From positions 3,184,457 through 3,248,456 of the forward strand of contig OY829383.1 of the NCBI GenBank assembly GCA_963691835.1: a DNA stretch of 64,000 bases, in the 5' to 3' direction. Each line of letters opens with the position of its first letter. The first letter of the stretch is position 1. The position numbers were made by a program, and so were the translations under genes. The stretch is from Thalassobaculaceae bacterium. GTDB lineage: Bacteria > Pseudomonadota > Alphaproteobacteria > Thalassobaculales > Thalassobaculaceae. Shown in pieces: positions 40,224 to 48,977 of the stretch. The notes beneath the pieces were generated by a model. That model was not told where the DNA came from. It ran no database searches and saw nothing but the letters and a program-made list of their open reading frames with translations.

Positions 40224-40316
40224 TATCTGTGGACGCTGCGTCCGGCCGAAAGAAAGCGGCCCGAACGACGCGCTCCCCCTTTGACAACCGCGCACGCGGG
40301 CCCATCTGTCCAGCCC

Positions 40317-41402
40317 ATGGACTCACTCACGCAAGCAGTGTTGGGATCGGTCATCGGCGTTGCGGTGGCCGGATCCCGTGTTGGCCCGCGGAAGGCAGCG
40401 GTCATGGGCGCGGTTCTCGGCACGGTTCCGGACCTCGACGTGATCTATCCTTACGGCGATCCGGTGTCCGACTTCGTCCTGCACCGTGGTGCTACCCATT
40501 CGCTGGTCGTCCATGCGGTGGTCACGCCGCTTTTCGCCGAACCGTTGGTTCGACTGTTTCAGGGGTTGAGGGATCATCGTGTCCTGACCTACGGAATGGT
40601 CTTCATAATACTCGCGACCCACGCGCTTTTGGACGCGATGACCGTCTATGGCACGAAGCTCTTGTGGCCACTGACGGACTATCCGTTCGGCTTGGGGTCG
40701 ATGTTCATTATCGATCCTCTCTACACGCTGCCGCTGCTGGCCATCGTGCTTTGGGCGTTCGCCCGGTCACAGATGACCTCCCGGCTGAAACGGTGGACCG
40801 CCACCGCACTGGTGGTCTCAACGGCCTATCTCGGCTGGTCCGCGGTCGGACAATCCATCGCAGAGGCGCGGGCCGCCGATGCCTTGGCCGCCAGAGGCAT
40901 TGAGCCTGAGCGAACAATCGCCGGTCCCATGCCGTTCAACACGACACTTTGGCGGGTGATCGCGATCGACGGCGACCGGTATATGAACGTCTATGTTCCA
41001 TTGTTGGCCGATGCGGCGGCGGACAAGGTGTACGCGCACCCCAGGGGTACGGACCTTCCATTCTGCCTGGATGCCGTACCGATGGCCAAGACCGTCGACA
41101 CGTTTTCCAAGGGTTTTGTTCGGTTCAAGCGGGAGGGCGATGCGCTTCTTATAGGTGACCTCCGTATGGGCGTGACGCCGAGCTTCGTTTTCGACTTCAT
41201 TGTCGCGCGCTGGGACGGCGCCGCGTTCGTGCCCGTTCCACCCGAGCAGATCCGCTCTGATCGCACGGGCGAGGGAGATATCGACTGGCTCCTCGCGGGG
41301 ATGGTTGGTGACCCCGGCGTCCGCTTGGTCGAAGCGTCGGCGCTGCTGGAAGAGGGTGGCGTGCGGCTGGCATCCGCGCCGCGAGGCGGTCCAACCTGTT
41401 GA
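40317..41402 (+). CDS. Membrane-bound metal-dependent hydrolase (YdjM/DUF457-like) with a C-terminal extension
   Basis: MDSLTQAVLGSVIGVAV...GTVPDLDVIYP...HRGATHSLV is the typical N-terminal pattern of this family. Start at the ATG at 40317. Confidence 0.65.
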   Translation: MDSLTQAVLGSVIGVAVAGSRVGPRKAAVMGAVLGTVPDLDVIYPYGDPVSDFVLHRGATHSLVVHAVVTPLFAEPLVRLFQGLRDHRVLTYGMVFIILATHALLDAMTVYGTKLLWPLTDYPFGLGSMFIIDPLYTLPLLAIVLWAFARSQMTSRLKRWTATALVVSTAYLGWSAVGQSIAEARAADALAARGIEPERTIAGPMPFNTTLWRVIAIDGDRYMNVYVPLLADAAADKVYAHPRGTDLPFCLDAVPMAKTVDTFSKGFVRFKREGDALLIGDLRMGVTPSFVFDFIVARWDGAAFVPVPPEQIRSDRTGEGDIDWLLAGMVGDPGVRLVEASALLEEGGVRLASAPRGGPTC

Positions 41403-41488
41403 ATCGATATTCAGATCCGGCTTGCCTGACCGGGCTTTTCTGATGATCCTCTTCCGCGGATGAGGACAACAGTGAAACGGGGCAGGGC

Positions 41489-41956
41489 ATGGTGATCGGC
41501 GCCGCGACGGCAGTATTGCGTGTCTTCAAACTGCTTCTGCCCGCGCTTTTTCCGTCCTGGCGCTTCTTTGACGTCATCGCGCCCTCACCCAGGATCAAGA
41601 TCGCCTTTGTAGAGAAACCCGAGGATCAGGGAGACCTCTGGCGACCAGTGCGTCCCCCGCCGGCACGGCTGTCGTCATCGAATCTGGTGTCCCGCTTCTT
41701 CTGGAACCCCCACTGGAACGAGACGCTCTTCATGGCGAGCTGCGCGGAGCGGCTGATTCAGAACCCGACGGAGCACAGCAGCCGTGAGATTGAGAGCCGC
41801 ATCCGCGCGGATCTGGCCGCCGAGGTGCCCGAAGAAGAGCGTCGCCCGTTCTTCCGCTTCCGGCTTGTTTTCGTGAGCCGTTTCGAGGGTGAGATCCGGC
41901 GGGATGTGACATTCCTGTCCCCCGCCTTTCCGTCGGGCAACCCGGCCCAGCCATGA
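41489..41956 (+). CDS. Hypothetical protein, translationally coupled to the downstream membrane protein
   Basis: 155-aa ORF whose stop overlaps the next start in ATGA (41953-41956). No family recognised. Confidence 0.45.
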   Translation: MVIGAATAVLRVFKLLLPALFPSWRFFDVIAPSPRIKIAFVEKPEDQGDLWRPVRPPPARLSSSNLVSRFFWNPHWNETLFMASCAERLIQNPTEHSSREIESRIRADLAAEVPEEERRPFFRFRLVFVSRFEGEIRRDVTFLSPAFPSGNPAQP

Positions 41957-42645
41957 GCCTGGAGGATGCGATACGGTGGACGGAAGTCCTGCTCGCCGTC
42001 GCTCTCATCCAACAAAGCCTCGAGCACATCTTCGGCGGGCTCCGCGACGAACGTGCCTACTATCTTCCCCGCCTCGCGCTGAGCCTTCTGCTGCTGGCGG
42101 GATGGGAGACCCAATGGGTGTCGGTTGGCTTGTTTGTGAGCGCACTGTTCATCTTGCACCGCTTCCAAGGCCCCTATAACGGCGGCAGTGACCTTATGAG
42201 CCTCTTGGTCATCACCTGCCTGTGCCTTGTGCACCTGATGCCGACCCCGCAGTGGCAGGAGTATGTTCTGGCGTATCTGGCGTTGCAGCTCATCTTCTCG
42301 TACTTCAAATCGGGCTGGTCAAAGGTCATCCACAAGGACTGGCGGACCGGCCGTGCGCTGCTGGATGTGTTCGCCTTCTCCACCTATCCGGTGAGCGAGG
42401 ATACCCGCGCCTGGCTGGAGCGGTCGTTCCTCCTCTTCCTGATGGCCTGGGCGGTCGTTCTGTTCGAGCTGCTGTTCCCGCTGGTCATGATTTCCCAGAC
42501 CCTTCTGTTCGCCGGGCTGGCCGTCGCTTTCGCCTTCCACGTGGCCAACTATGCGCTCTTCGGGTTCAACCGGTTTGTCTGGATATGGGTCGCGGCGTAT
42601 CCGTCACTCATCTGGCTGCAGTCCCGGCTTGATGGGGTTTGGTGA
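41953..42645 (+). CDS. HTTM-like polytopic membrane protein (tentative)
   Basis: 230 aa with about 5-6 helices. Composition and segments such as HRFQGPYNGGSDLMSLLV and IFSYFKSGWSKV resemble the HTTM (vitamin-K carboxylase-related) domain. Assignment is by eye only. Confidence 0.4.
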   Translation: MSLEDAIRWTEVLLAVALIQQSLEHIFGGLRDERAYYLPRLALSLLLLAGWETQWVSVGLFVSALFILHRFQGPYNGGSDLMSLLVITCLCLVHLMPTPQWQEYVLAYLALQLIFSYFKSGWSKVIHKDWRTGRALLDVFAFSTYPVSEDTRAWLERSFLLFLMAWAVVLFELLFPLVMISQTLLFAGLAVAFAFHVANYALFGFNRFVWIWVAAYPSLIWLQSRLDGVW

Positions 42646-42729
42646 GCCGATGGGACGCCCCCCATTGTCATTTGCTCTCCCAGATCCGATTTCCATTGTC
42701 ATGGGAGAAAACAATCGACAGGCAGCGAG

Positions 42730-44049
42730 ATGACCGACGGGCAGAAGCGCGCCGACACCGAAGAGCTGTTCTACGCCGCCGAGCAGGCGGGTTTGAAGAT
42801 CGCCATCAAGGGCCGTTTGGCGACGTTGCTCGTTGTCGGCTCCTTTATGGCCATTTCCCGGGGGCAGGACAGGGCGCTCGATTTCATTCTGGCCACGCTC
42901 CTGTTCATGGCGCTGGGTGTCGCCCATCACTTCATCATTGGCTCCAGTTACGACCGGCGATGGGTGAAGTATGTCTTTATCGGCATCGATATCGCGCTTC
43001 TGTCGGCGGCGGTCGCTCTGCTGCCCGCGACACCAGAGGTGGAGGTGCCGCAGAATCTGATCTTCCGGTTCAACGTGTTTCCCTTCTATTTCCTGTTTCT
43101 TGCGGTGGCCGCTTTCAGTTTCTCGCCGGGTTTGGTTTTGTGGGCGGGGACGGCCGGTGCTTTCGGATGGATGTCGGCCTATGCCTGGATCCGATCGGGC
43201 ATGGAGCAGGCCATCGGATGGACGGACATACCCAAAGGGGCGACGACCCAGCAGTTCCTCGAGATCGTGCTTAGCCCCAACTTTTCGCCCATGGGCAGCC
43301 GTATCCAGGAAGCCGGGATCTATTTCGTGGTGGCCATCCTGATCGCAATCGTGATGCACAGGGCCCGCCAGACCGTCCGCCGGCAGTTGGAGGCGGAGCG
43401 CGGGATTGCCGCGATCTCGCAGATGTTTGGCCGTTTCGTTCCATCCGCCGTCGCGGACTCTATGATCCAGGACGAGGGCGTTCTCGACCCAGTCGAACGG
43501 AATGCCACGGTGCTGTTCACCGATGTCGCGGGCTTCACGAGCTTGACGGAGTCCAAAGGGCCGCACGCCATCGTCGACACCTGCAACGCCTTCTTCGATG
43601 CCGCATCCGAAATTATCGGCCGTCATAACGGCGTCGTCACCCAGTTCCAGGGAGATGCCGTGCTGGCGACATTCAATGTTCCGCTGGAAGATCCGGATCA
43701 TGCGCGAAACGCCCTACAGGCCGCGACGGAACTCCTGGAGCTTGTCGACACACAGACGTTTGGGGGCGAGAAACTGGGAATCCGGATCGGACTCAGCTCT
43801 GGCAGGCTCGTGGCCGGCAATATCGGCGGCGGCGGCCGTCAGAGCTATACGGTCTACGGCGACCCGGTGAACCTTGCCGCCCGGCTGGAGGCGATGAACA
43901 AGGAACATGGAACGTCTCTCCTGCTGTCCCAGTCGACGGCGGAGTTGGTCCAGGGCGCGGACCTGCGGAAGATCGGCGAAACCGACGTCAGAGGTCTGAG
44001 CGAGCCGATCGGCGTCTACTCCGTGACGGGATCCGCTCATTTGGCCTGA
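42730..44049 (+). CDS. Membrane-anchored class III adenylate/guanylate cyclase
   Basis: N-terminal ~200 aa with multiple TM helices. C-terminal catalytic domain: ATVLFTDVAGFTSLTE...GVVTQFQGDAVLATFN...IRIGLSSGRLVAGNIGGGGRQSYTVYGDPVNLAARLE. Confidence 0.85.
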   Translation: MTDGQKRADTEELFYAAEQAGLKIAIKGRLATLLVVGSFMAISRGQDRALDFILATLLFMALGVAHHFIIGSSYDRRWVKYVFIGIDIALLSAAVALLPATPEVEVPQNLIFRFNVFPFYFLFLAVAAFSFSPGLVLWAGTAGAFGWMSAYAWIRSGMEQAIGWTDIPKGATTQQFLEIVLSPNFSPMGSRIQEAGIYFVVAILIAIVMHRARQTVRRQLEAERGIAAISQMFGRFVPSAVADSMIQDEGVLDPVERNATVLFTDVAGFTSLTESKGPHAIVDTCNAFFDAASEIIGRHNGVVTQFQGDAVLATFNVPLEDPDHARNALQAATELLELVDTQTFGGEKLGIRIGLSSGRLVAGNIGGGGRQSYTVYGDPVNLAARLEAMNKEHGTSLLLSQSTAELVQGADLRKIGETDVRGLSEPIGVYSVTGSAHLA

Positions 44050-44066
44050 AAGCTATAAGACTAAGC

Positions 44067-44762
44067 TTAGGTTACAAATCGGTTCGCGTCGGGCATATGG
44101 CTGGGCAGCGCGCGCTGCAGCACCCGTGCCGCGGCGATGACGTAGTCGGCATCGGGCGTGGGATAACGTAAGTCAGAGGCCAAGTATGCCGCGATGCCCG
44201 GGTGAGAGACGACCGCCTCATACATGGACTTCAGGCGAGGGGTGTTCTCCAGAATCTCGGGGCGCCACTCCAGATAGAGGCTGATCGCCTCGGACAGCAC
44301 AATGTCGGCGAAGGTCATGCTATCGGCCGCGCAAAAGCCGGAGTTCTGCTCCTCGAGGCGTGCTTCGAAGCGGTGACCGAACTTGGCGAACCGTGCTTCC
44401 AGATCGGCGATGGCGATCTCAAGGCTGGGCTTGAACGGCACCTGGATGGCCGTTTCCGCGAAGTCGGCGGCCACGCCCGCGATCAGGTCGCACCACATGG
44501 CATCCGTATCGTTGGCACCATAGAAGCCGCCCCGCCGCGCCAGGTACCGGATCATGGCCGAGGATTGACTGAGATTGAGCCCGTCGATCTCCAGCAGCGG
44601 CATCTGGTCGAACGGCAGTTTTCCCGTGGCCCGGAGCGCGCTCATCGCCTCCGGGGTGTCGATCGGCATGTTGATGAACGCGATACCCGACGCGGCGAGC
44701 ATCCATCGGGTCGTTTCCGCGCGGCCTCGACCGCGAAAGTAGGTCAGTCTGGCGACCGTCAC
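44067..44762 (-). CDS. Glutathione S-transferase family protein
   Basis: 231 aa. N-terminal RGRAETTRWMLAASGIAF...GKLPFDQMPLLEIDGLNLSQSSAMIRYLA is the GST thioredoxin-like domain pattern. Confidence 0.75.
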   Translation of the reverse strand: MTVARLTYFRGRGRAETTRWMLAASGIAFINMPIDTPEAMSALRATGKLPFDQMPLLEIDGLNLSQSSAMIRYLARRGGFYGANDTDAMWCDLIAGVAADFAETAIQVPFKPSLEIAIADLEARFAKFGHRFEARLEEQNSGFCAADSMTFADIVLSEAISLYLEWRPEILENTPRLKSMYEAVVSHPGIAAYLASDLRYPTPDADYVIAAARVLQRALPSHMPDANRFVT

Positions 44763-44804
44763 GGCACCCTCCCGAGAAACAAGGTTTTGGAGATGAGCCG
44801 GCGC

Positions 44805-45332
44805 CTAGCGGATGAACTGCTTCACATAGTCGGCACCAAGGCCGACCGCTTCGAAATGCGCGCGGCACAAATCGATCTTCGTGAACACATCCTCGTAGCC
44901 GAGATGATTGCCGTCCGGGTCGACGTAGTACATCACGCCGTTCACCTGGAAGAAGGTGATCATTTCCTCAACGTCATCGGGCACGACCAGCGTATGGGTT
45001 TCCCCCGGCGGCTCGAACACGTAGGAGCCTTCCGTCGCTTCCCAGTCATGCTCCAGATAGTGCCACCGTCCCTTCAGCACGAGACCGTGCACGGCGTTCG
45101 GATGCCGGTGACGGGAGAGCACGCCTGATTTGGTCACCCGCAGCAGGTTCATCCAATACCCTTGGGAGACGTTCAGACACAGGGGGCGGAAGTAGACGTT
45201 CTCCGCCTGCCGAACCCAGAGCCGGTCATCCTGCGGGATGGCATGCGGCACCACGATTTCAGGAAGCGCGTCCGCCGGCATCGGATGTTGGTAGGGAACC
45301 ATGGGCGTCTCGTCTTTCTGGACCAGCGGCAT
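44805..45332 (-). CDS. Cupin-fold protein, 2,4'-dihydroxyacetophenone dioxygenase-like
   Basis: From the ATG at 45332, preceded by aggagga. Cupin metal motif SRHRHPNAVHGLVLKGRWHYLEHDW...GSYVFEPPGETHTL. The family name is from memory and not verified. Confidence 0.55.
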   Translation of the reverse strand: MPLVQKDETPMVPYQHPMPADALPEIVVPHAIPQDDRLWVRQAENVYFRPLCLNVSQGYWMNLLRVTKSGVLSRHRHPNAVHGLVLKGRWHYLEHDWEATEGSYVFEPPGETHTLVVPDDVEEMITFFQVNGVMYYVDPDGNHLGYEDVFTKIDLCRAHFEAVGLGADYVKQFIR

Positions 45333-45475
45333 GGCTTTCCTCCTTGTCGATTTCCAGTTTGACCACAATGTGGATAAGTGTTTATATTATGGACAAACTA
45401 AAGTGTCATGAGTTGTGCGTCAAGCGTGGACCGCTTGGCCCTGCCGTTCGCACACTCTCAGGGATAGGTGAGGTC
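45333..45475. promoter_or_regulatory. Divergent AT-rich control region between the cupin gene and the IclR regulator
   Basis: 143-bp spacer containing the AT-rich tract gtggataagtgtttatattatggacaaactaaagtgtcatgag in an otherwise ~65% GC genome. The divergent arrangement is typical for IclR operators. No site was defined. Confidence 0.4.
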
Positions 45476-46243
45476 ATGAGTGTTCCGAAGGTGCAGGGCG
45501 CACAGAGTTTCGGACGGGCGGTCAGTGTGCTCACCCTCATCGCGGATGCGCCGGCACCGCCGACGATGGCCGATCTTGCCAAGCGCAGCGATCTTACCCG
45601 CCCGACGCTCTACCGGATCATCGCGTCGTTGGAGGCAGAGGATCTGATCTCTCAGACACCGGACCACCGGTTCGTGACCGGCCCGCGTTTGATCACATTG
45701 GCACACCGAGCCCTGATGCAATCCGATGTCCGCCGGATCGCGAGAGGGGAACTTGAGACTCTTCGGGACGATACGGACGAAACGGTCCATCTAGCGGTCC
45801 GCAGTCAGTCGGAGATGGTCTACATCGATAAGATCGAAACGACGCAGGCCGTTCGAATGACTTCCGAAATCGGCTCCCGCGTGGCAATGCACTCGAGTTC
45901 CGTGGGCCGCGCGTATCTTGCAGGTCTTCCGGAGGCACAAAGCACAGCCCTCCTCAACCAACTCAAACTTCACAAAGTGACGGAACGAACCCAGACGGAC
46001 AAAGCCCGGCTTTTGGAGATGATCGCCGCCGCACGGACGCGTGGTTACAGCCACGAGGCAGAGGAGAATGAAGCGGGCGTAGTCTGTTTCGGCGCTCCCA
46101 TCCTTGGCCCGGGCGGTGCGCCGGTGGCAGCGGTCAGCGTCTCCGTACCCGTGTACAGGCTCTCCGCGGAGTCAAAGACGTACTGGGGTCCGTTGATCAC
46201 CTGTTGCCGAGAGATATCGAGGCAATCCGGATACATCGACTGA
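45476..46243 (+). CDS. IclR-family transcriptional regulator
   Basis: N-terminal wHTH (SFGRAVSVLTLIADAPAPPTMADLAKRSDLTRPTLYRIIASLEAEDLI) and a C-terminal IclR effector domain (...HSSSVGRAYLA...GVVCFGAPI...). Start at the ATG at 45476. Confidence 0.85.
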   Translation: MSVPKVQGAQSFGRAVSVLTLIADAPAPPTMADLAKRSDLTRPTLYRIIASLEAEDLISQTPDHRFVTGPRLITLAHRALMQSDVRRIARGELETLRDDTDETVHLAVRSQSEMVYIDKIETTQAVRMTSEIGSRVAMHSSSVGRAYLAGLPEAQSTALLNQLKLHKVTERTQTDKARLLEMIAAARTRGYSHEAEENEAGVVCFGAPILGPGGAPVAAVSVSVPVYRLSAESKTYWGPLITCCREISRQSGYID

Positions 46244-46280
46244 TCCAGGGCCATTCCTGATCTTGATCCGCCGTCGTTGG

Positions 46281-47099
46281 TTAGCCCGCCCGCCGCCAGA
46301 CAACGGGCCAAAGTTCGCTGTCGAGCGGACCGTCCGCTGGAATGTCGGGAAGAGGCGGCATGTGTTGAACGCCGTCGTGCGGATAGAAACGGGCGTCGTC
46401 ACCTGTCCATCTGGAGACATAGGCCCGCCGTCGCCGGTCGGCACGGGAATTCCCTGGTGCGTAGTGCACCAGCAATCCATGGTGAACCGTGCAGTCGCCC
46501 GGCTCTAACTCAAAGGACACGATGTCGTGTTTATCCCGCTCCGCTTCGATATCGGGGACGGGAGACAGGTCCTCACTGAAGGAGACGGTGCCGCTGAACG
46601 AGGCTGGCTTCAGCCGCTTGCCCCAGCGGTGAGAGCCTTTGACGTACTCGACAGCGCCGCTTTCCCGGGTAACCGGGTCCAGCGCGAGCCAGAGTGTGCA
46701 GACATCATCGCCCAGGACCGGCCAGTAGGGCATGTCATGGTGCCAAGGGGTCTCCACGTCCGTCCCCGGCTCTTTGATAAGCCATTGATCAAAGTAGATG
46801 TTGTTCTTCGACGCCCTCATCAACTGGCCAACGATCCTGGAGGCGCCCGAGTTGAAGACGAAATCCCGGCACAGCTCGTTGCGCCGCCAGACAAACGTGT
46901 CAAAGAAGAACCGGCCAGGTTTGTCCTTCAGTTCAGCGATCTCAAGCACAAGATCCGTGGGTTCGGCCGCCATGCTTTCTTCCGCCGCATCCCGCAGACG
47001 CTCAACCTGGCCCTCGTCGAACAACCCTCTCAGGCAGACGATCCCATCTTCCTGAAAAGTCCGGATCTCATCTTCGGTGATGTCTCTCGTTACCAGCAT
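46281..47099 (-). CDS. Phytanoyl-CoA dioxygenase (PhyH) family Fe(II)/2-oxoglutarate oxygenase, copy B
   Basis: WHHDMPYWP (H-x-D facial triad), CTLWLALDPVTRESGAVEYVKGSHRW and TVHHGLLVHYAPGNSRADRRRRAY. The ATG at 47099 overlaps the upstream stop (TAATG). Confidence 0.8.
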   Translation of the reverse strand: MLVTRDITEDEIRTFQEDGIVCLRGLFDEGQVERLRDAAEESMAAEPTDLVLEIAELKDKPGRFFFDTFVWRRNELCRDFVFNSGASRIVGQLMRASKNNIYFDQWLIKEPGTDVETPWHHDMPYWPVLGDDVCTLWLALDPVTRESGAVEYVKGSHRWGKRLKPASFSGTVSFSEDLSPVPDIEAERDKHDIVSFELEPGDCTVHHGLLVHYAPGNSRADRRRRAYVSRWTGDDARFYPHDGVQHMPPLPDIPADGPLDSELWPVVWRRAG

Positions 47100-47914
47100 T
47101 AGGCCCGCTCCCAGACACGCGGCCAAAGGGTGCTGTCCAAGGGCGCCCCGGCGGCAATGTCCGGATCCCGCAGCATGCGCTGGATGTCTGGACGGGGGTC
47201 GTAGACCACATCATCGCCGGCCCAACGGGTGACATACGCCCGCCGCCGCCGATCCTTGCGCTTGTTGCCACCGGCCGCATGGACCAGAAGGCCGTGGTGC
47301 AATGTACAGTCGCCAGGCTGATAGTCGTAACGGATGAACTCGAACTCGTCCCGCCGGGCGTCGATATCCGGCACTTCCGGTTCGTCCGTGACGTATGTCG
47401 AATGCCCGCCGAAGGCGATCGGCTTAAAGCGCTGCCCCCATTTGTGGGAGCCTTTGACAAACTCCATCGAACCGCTGTCCTCAGTCACCTCGTCAAGCGC
47501 CAGCCAAAGCGTTGCAACCTGATCCCCCTTGATGGGCCAATAGGTGAGGTCGTGATGCCAAACTGTCGGCTCCTCGGTCAGAGGCTCTTTGACCAGCAGT
47601 TGGTCGAACACGATGTTCATCTTCGCCGAACGGATGACGTTGGCTGCGATTTTCGCGGCTGGCGAGTTGTACACGAAGTCTTTGAAGATCTCGTCCCGGT
47701 GCCAGATGAAGGTCTCGGTAAAGAATTCACCAGGGTCCTTGTCACCGGACAGGTCATGGGAGAGCTCGCCGGGGTTCTCCTTGATGTGGTCGACCCGTTT
47801 TCGGAGAGTCTCGACCAACTCCGGGCTAAAGAAGCCCGGCAAGTGAACCACGCCGTCCTCCTCATATGTCCGGCGTTCTTCCTCGGTTATCTCTCGGATC
47901 GGGTGAACTGACAC
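47099..47914 (-). CDS. Phytanoyl-CoA dioxygenase (PhyH) family Fe(II)/2-oxoglutarate oxygenase, copy A
   Basis: Paralog of the downstream gene (WHHDLTYWP, ATLWLALDEVTEDSGSMEFVKGSHKW, TLHHGLLVHAAGGNKRKDRRRRAY). Probable GTG start at 47914, preceded by gaggtgagg. The 350-aa ORF to 48151 is probably an over-extension. Confidence 0.75.
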   Translation of the reverse strand: MSVHPIREITEEERRTYEEDGVVHLPGFFSPELVETLRKRVDHIKENPGELSHDLSGDKDPGEFFTETFIWHRDEIFKDFVYNSPAAKIAANVIRSAKMNIVFDQLLVKEPLTEEPTVWHHDLTYWPIKGDQVATLWLALDEVTEDSGSMEFVKGSHKWGQRFKPIAFGGHSTYVTDEPEVPDIDARRDEFEFIRYDYQPGDCTLHHGLLVHAAGGNKRKDRRRRAYVTRWAGDDVVYDPRPDIQRMLRDPDIAAGAPLDSTLWPRVWERA

Positions 47915-48045
47915 AGTCCTCACCTCGCAGAAATCAGGTTCGTGTTTGTGGAATCTCTCGAGCGTCAGTAGACCAAAAAGCACAAACCTGGTCGAGGTTC
48001 GACTCTTCTGCGATCTAGCAACGGCGTCTTTCCGCTGAGGCCTCG

Positions 48046-48735
48046 TCAAGCCAATGCTGCGTCCAACGCCGTCTGGCAGTGGATAAGGGTCGTGTCGAAG
48101 ACCGGGACCGGCACATTGCCCTGGTTCAGGAGCATGCCGACTTCGGTACAACCGAGGATGAGGCTGTCCGCCCCCGCATCGACCAGCCGCTGCGCGATCG
48201 CGACGTAAACGGCCTCACTTTCCTTGCTTGTTATGTCCTTACACAGCTCTTCATAGATGATCCGGTGCGTCTGGGAGCGGTCGTCGGCATCCGGCAGCAC
48301 CGGGGTGAGTCCGGCCGCGACCAGTCTGTCGGTGTAGAACGACTGTTCCATCGTGAAAGCGGTCGCCATCAGACCGGGCGCGGTCAAACCCTTCACCGTA
48401 ATGGCTTGAGCGGTCGCGTCGGCCAGATGGATCATGGGGATGGACACCCCGTCCATCATGGCGTCGGCCAGTTTGTGCATGGTGTTGGTGGCGAGGATCA
48501 GAAGCTCCGCCCCACCGCGCTCCAGCGCCTTGGCCTCGGCATTCAGAACGGCGCCCGCCGCATCCCACTTGCCGCTGACCTGAAGTTCCTCGATGTGCGC
48601 AAAGTCCAGTGACCGGATGAGCAGCTCAGGGGAGTGGAGCCCGCCCAGTCGTTGCCGGGTCAGATCGCACAGCTCCCGGTAATAGATCTGCGTGGACGCC
48701 GCCGACATGCCGCCAAGAATGCCAATTGTTTTCAT
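48046..48735 (-). CDS. Aspartate/glutamate racemase family protein
   Basis: MKTIGILGGMSAASTQIYYRELC...LILATNTMH...LILGCTEVGML: the two conserved Cys/Thr active-site boxes of Asp/Glu racemases. Start at the ATG at 48735. Confidence 0.8.
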   Translation of the reverse strand: MKTIGILGGMSAASTQIYYRELCDLTRQRLGGLHSPELLIRSLDFAHIEELQVSGKWDAAGAVLNAEAKALERGGAELLILATNTMHKLADAMMDGVSIPMIHLADATAQAITVKGLTAPGLMATAFTMEQSFYTDRLVAAGLTPVLPDADDRSQTHRIIYEELCKDITSKESEAVYVAIAQRLVDAGADSLILGCTEVGMLLNQGNVPVPVFDTTLIHCQTALDAALA

Positions 48736-48977
48736 TGCGACTGGTTGCTCCGAGATGTTGGTTGACCCGATGGCCGCGATCCTTTCGAACCGGCGCCGGA
48801 TTGACAAGGCCGACTGCTTTCCTGCCTGGCGGCTGCAAAGTTACAATATACTCAGAAATTGAGTGGATAGCTGCCAGGCTTTGCTGGTTGCTTGTTGGTC
48901 AGAACTACTATTAGTATCGGCTTTACAAAGACTTATGTCGAGTGGGGACTCTCGATCACTCTGGGCTCTAGGGGATT

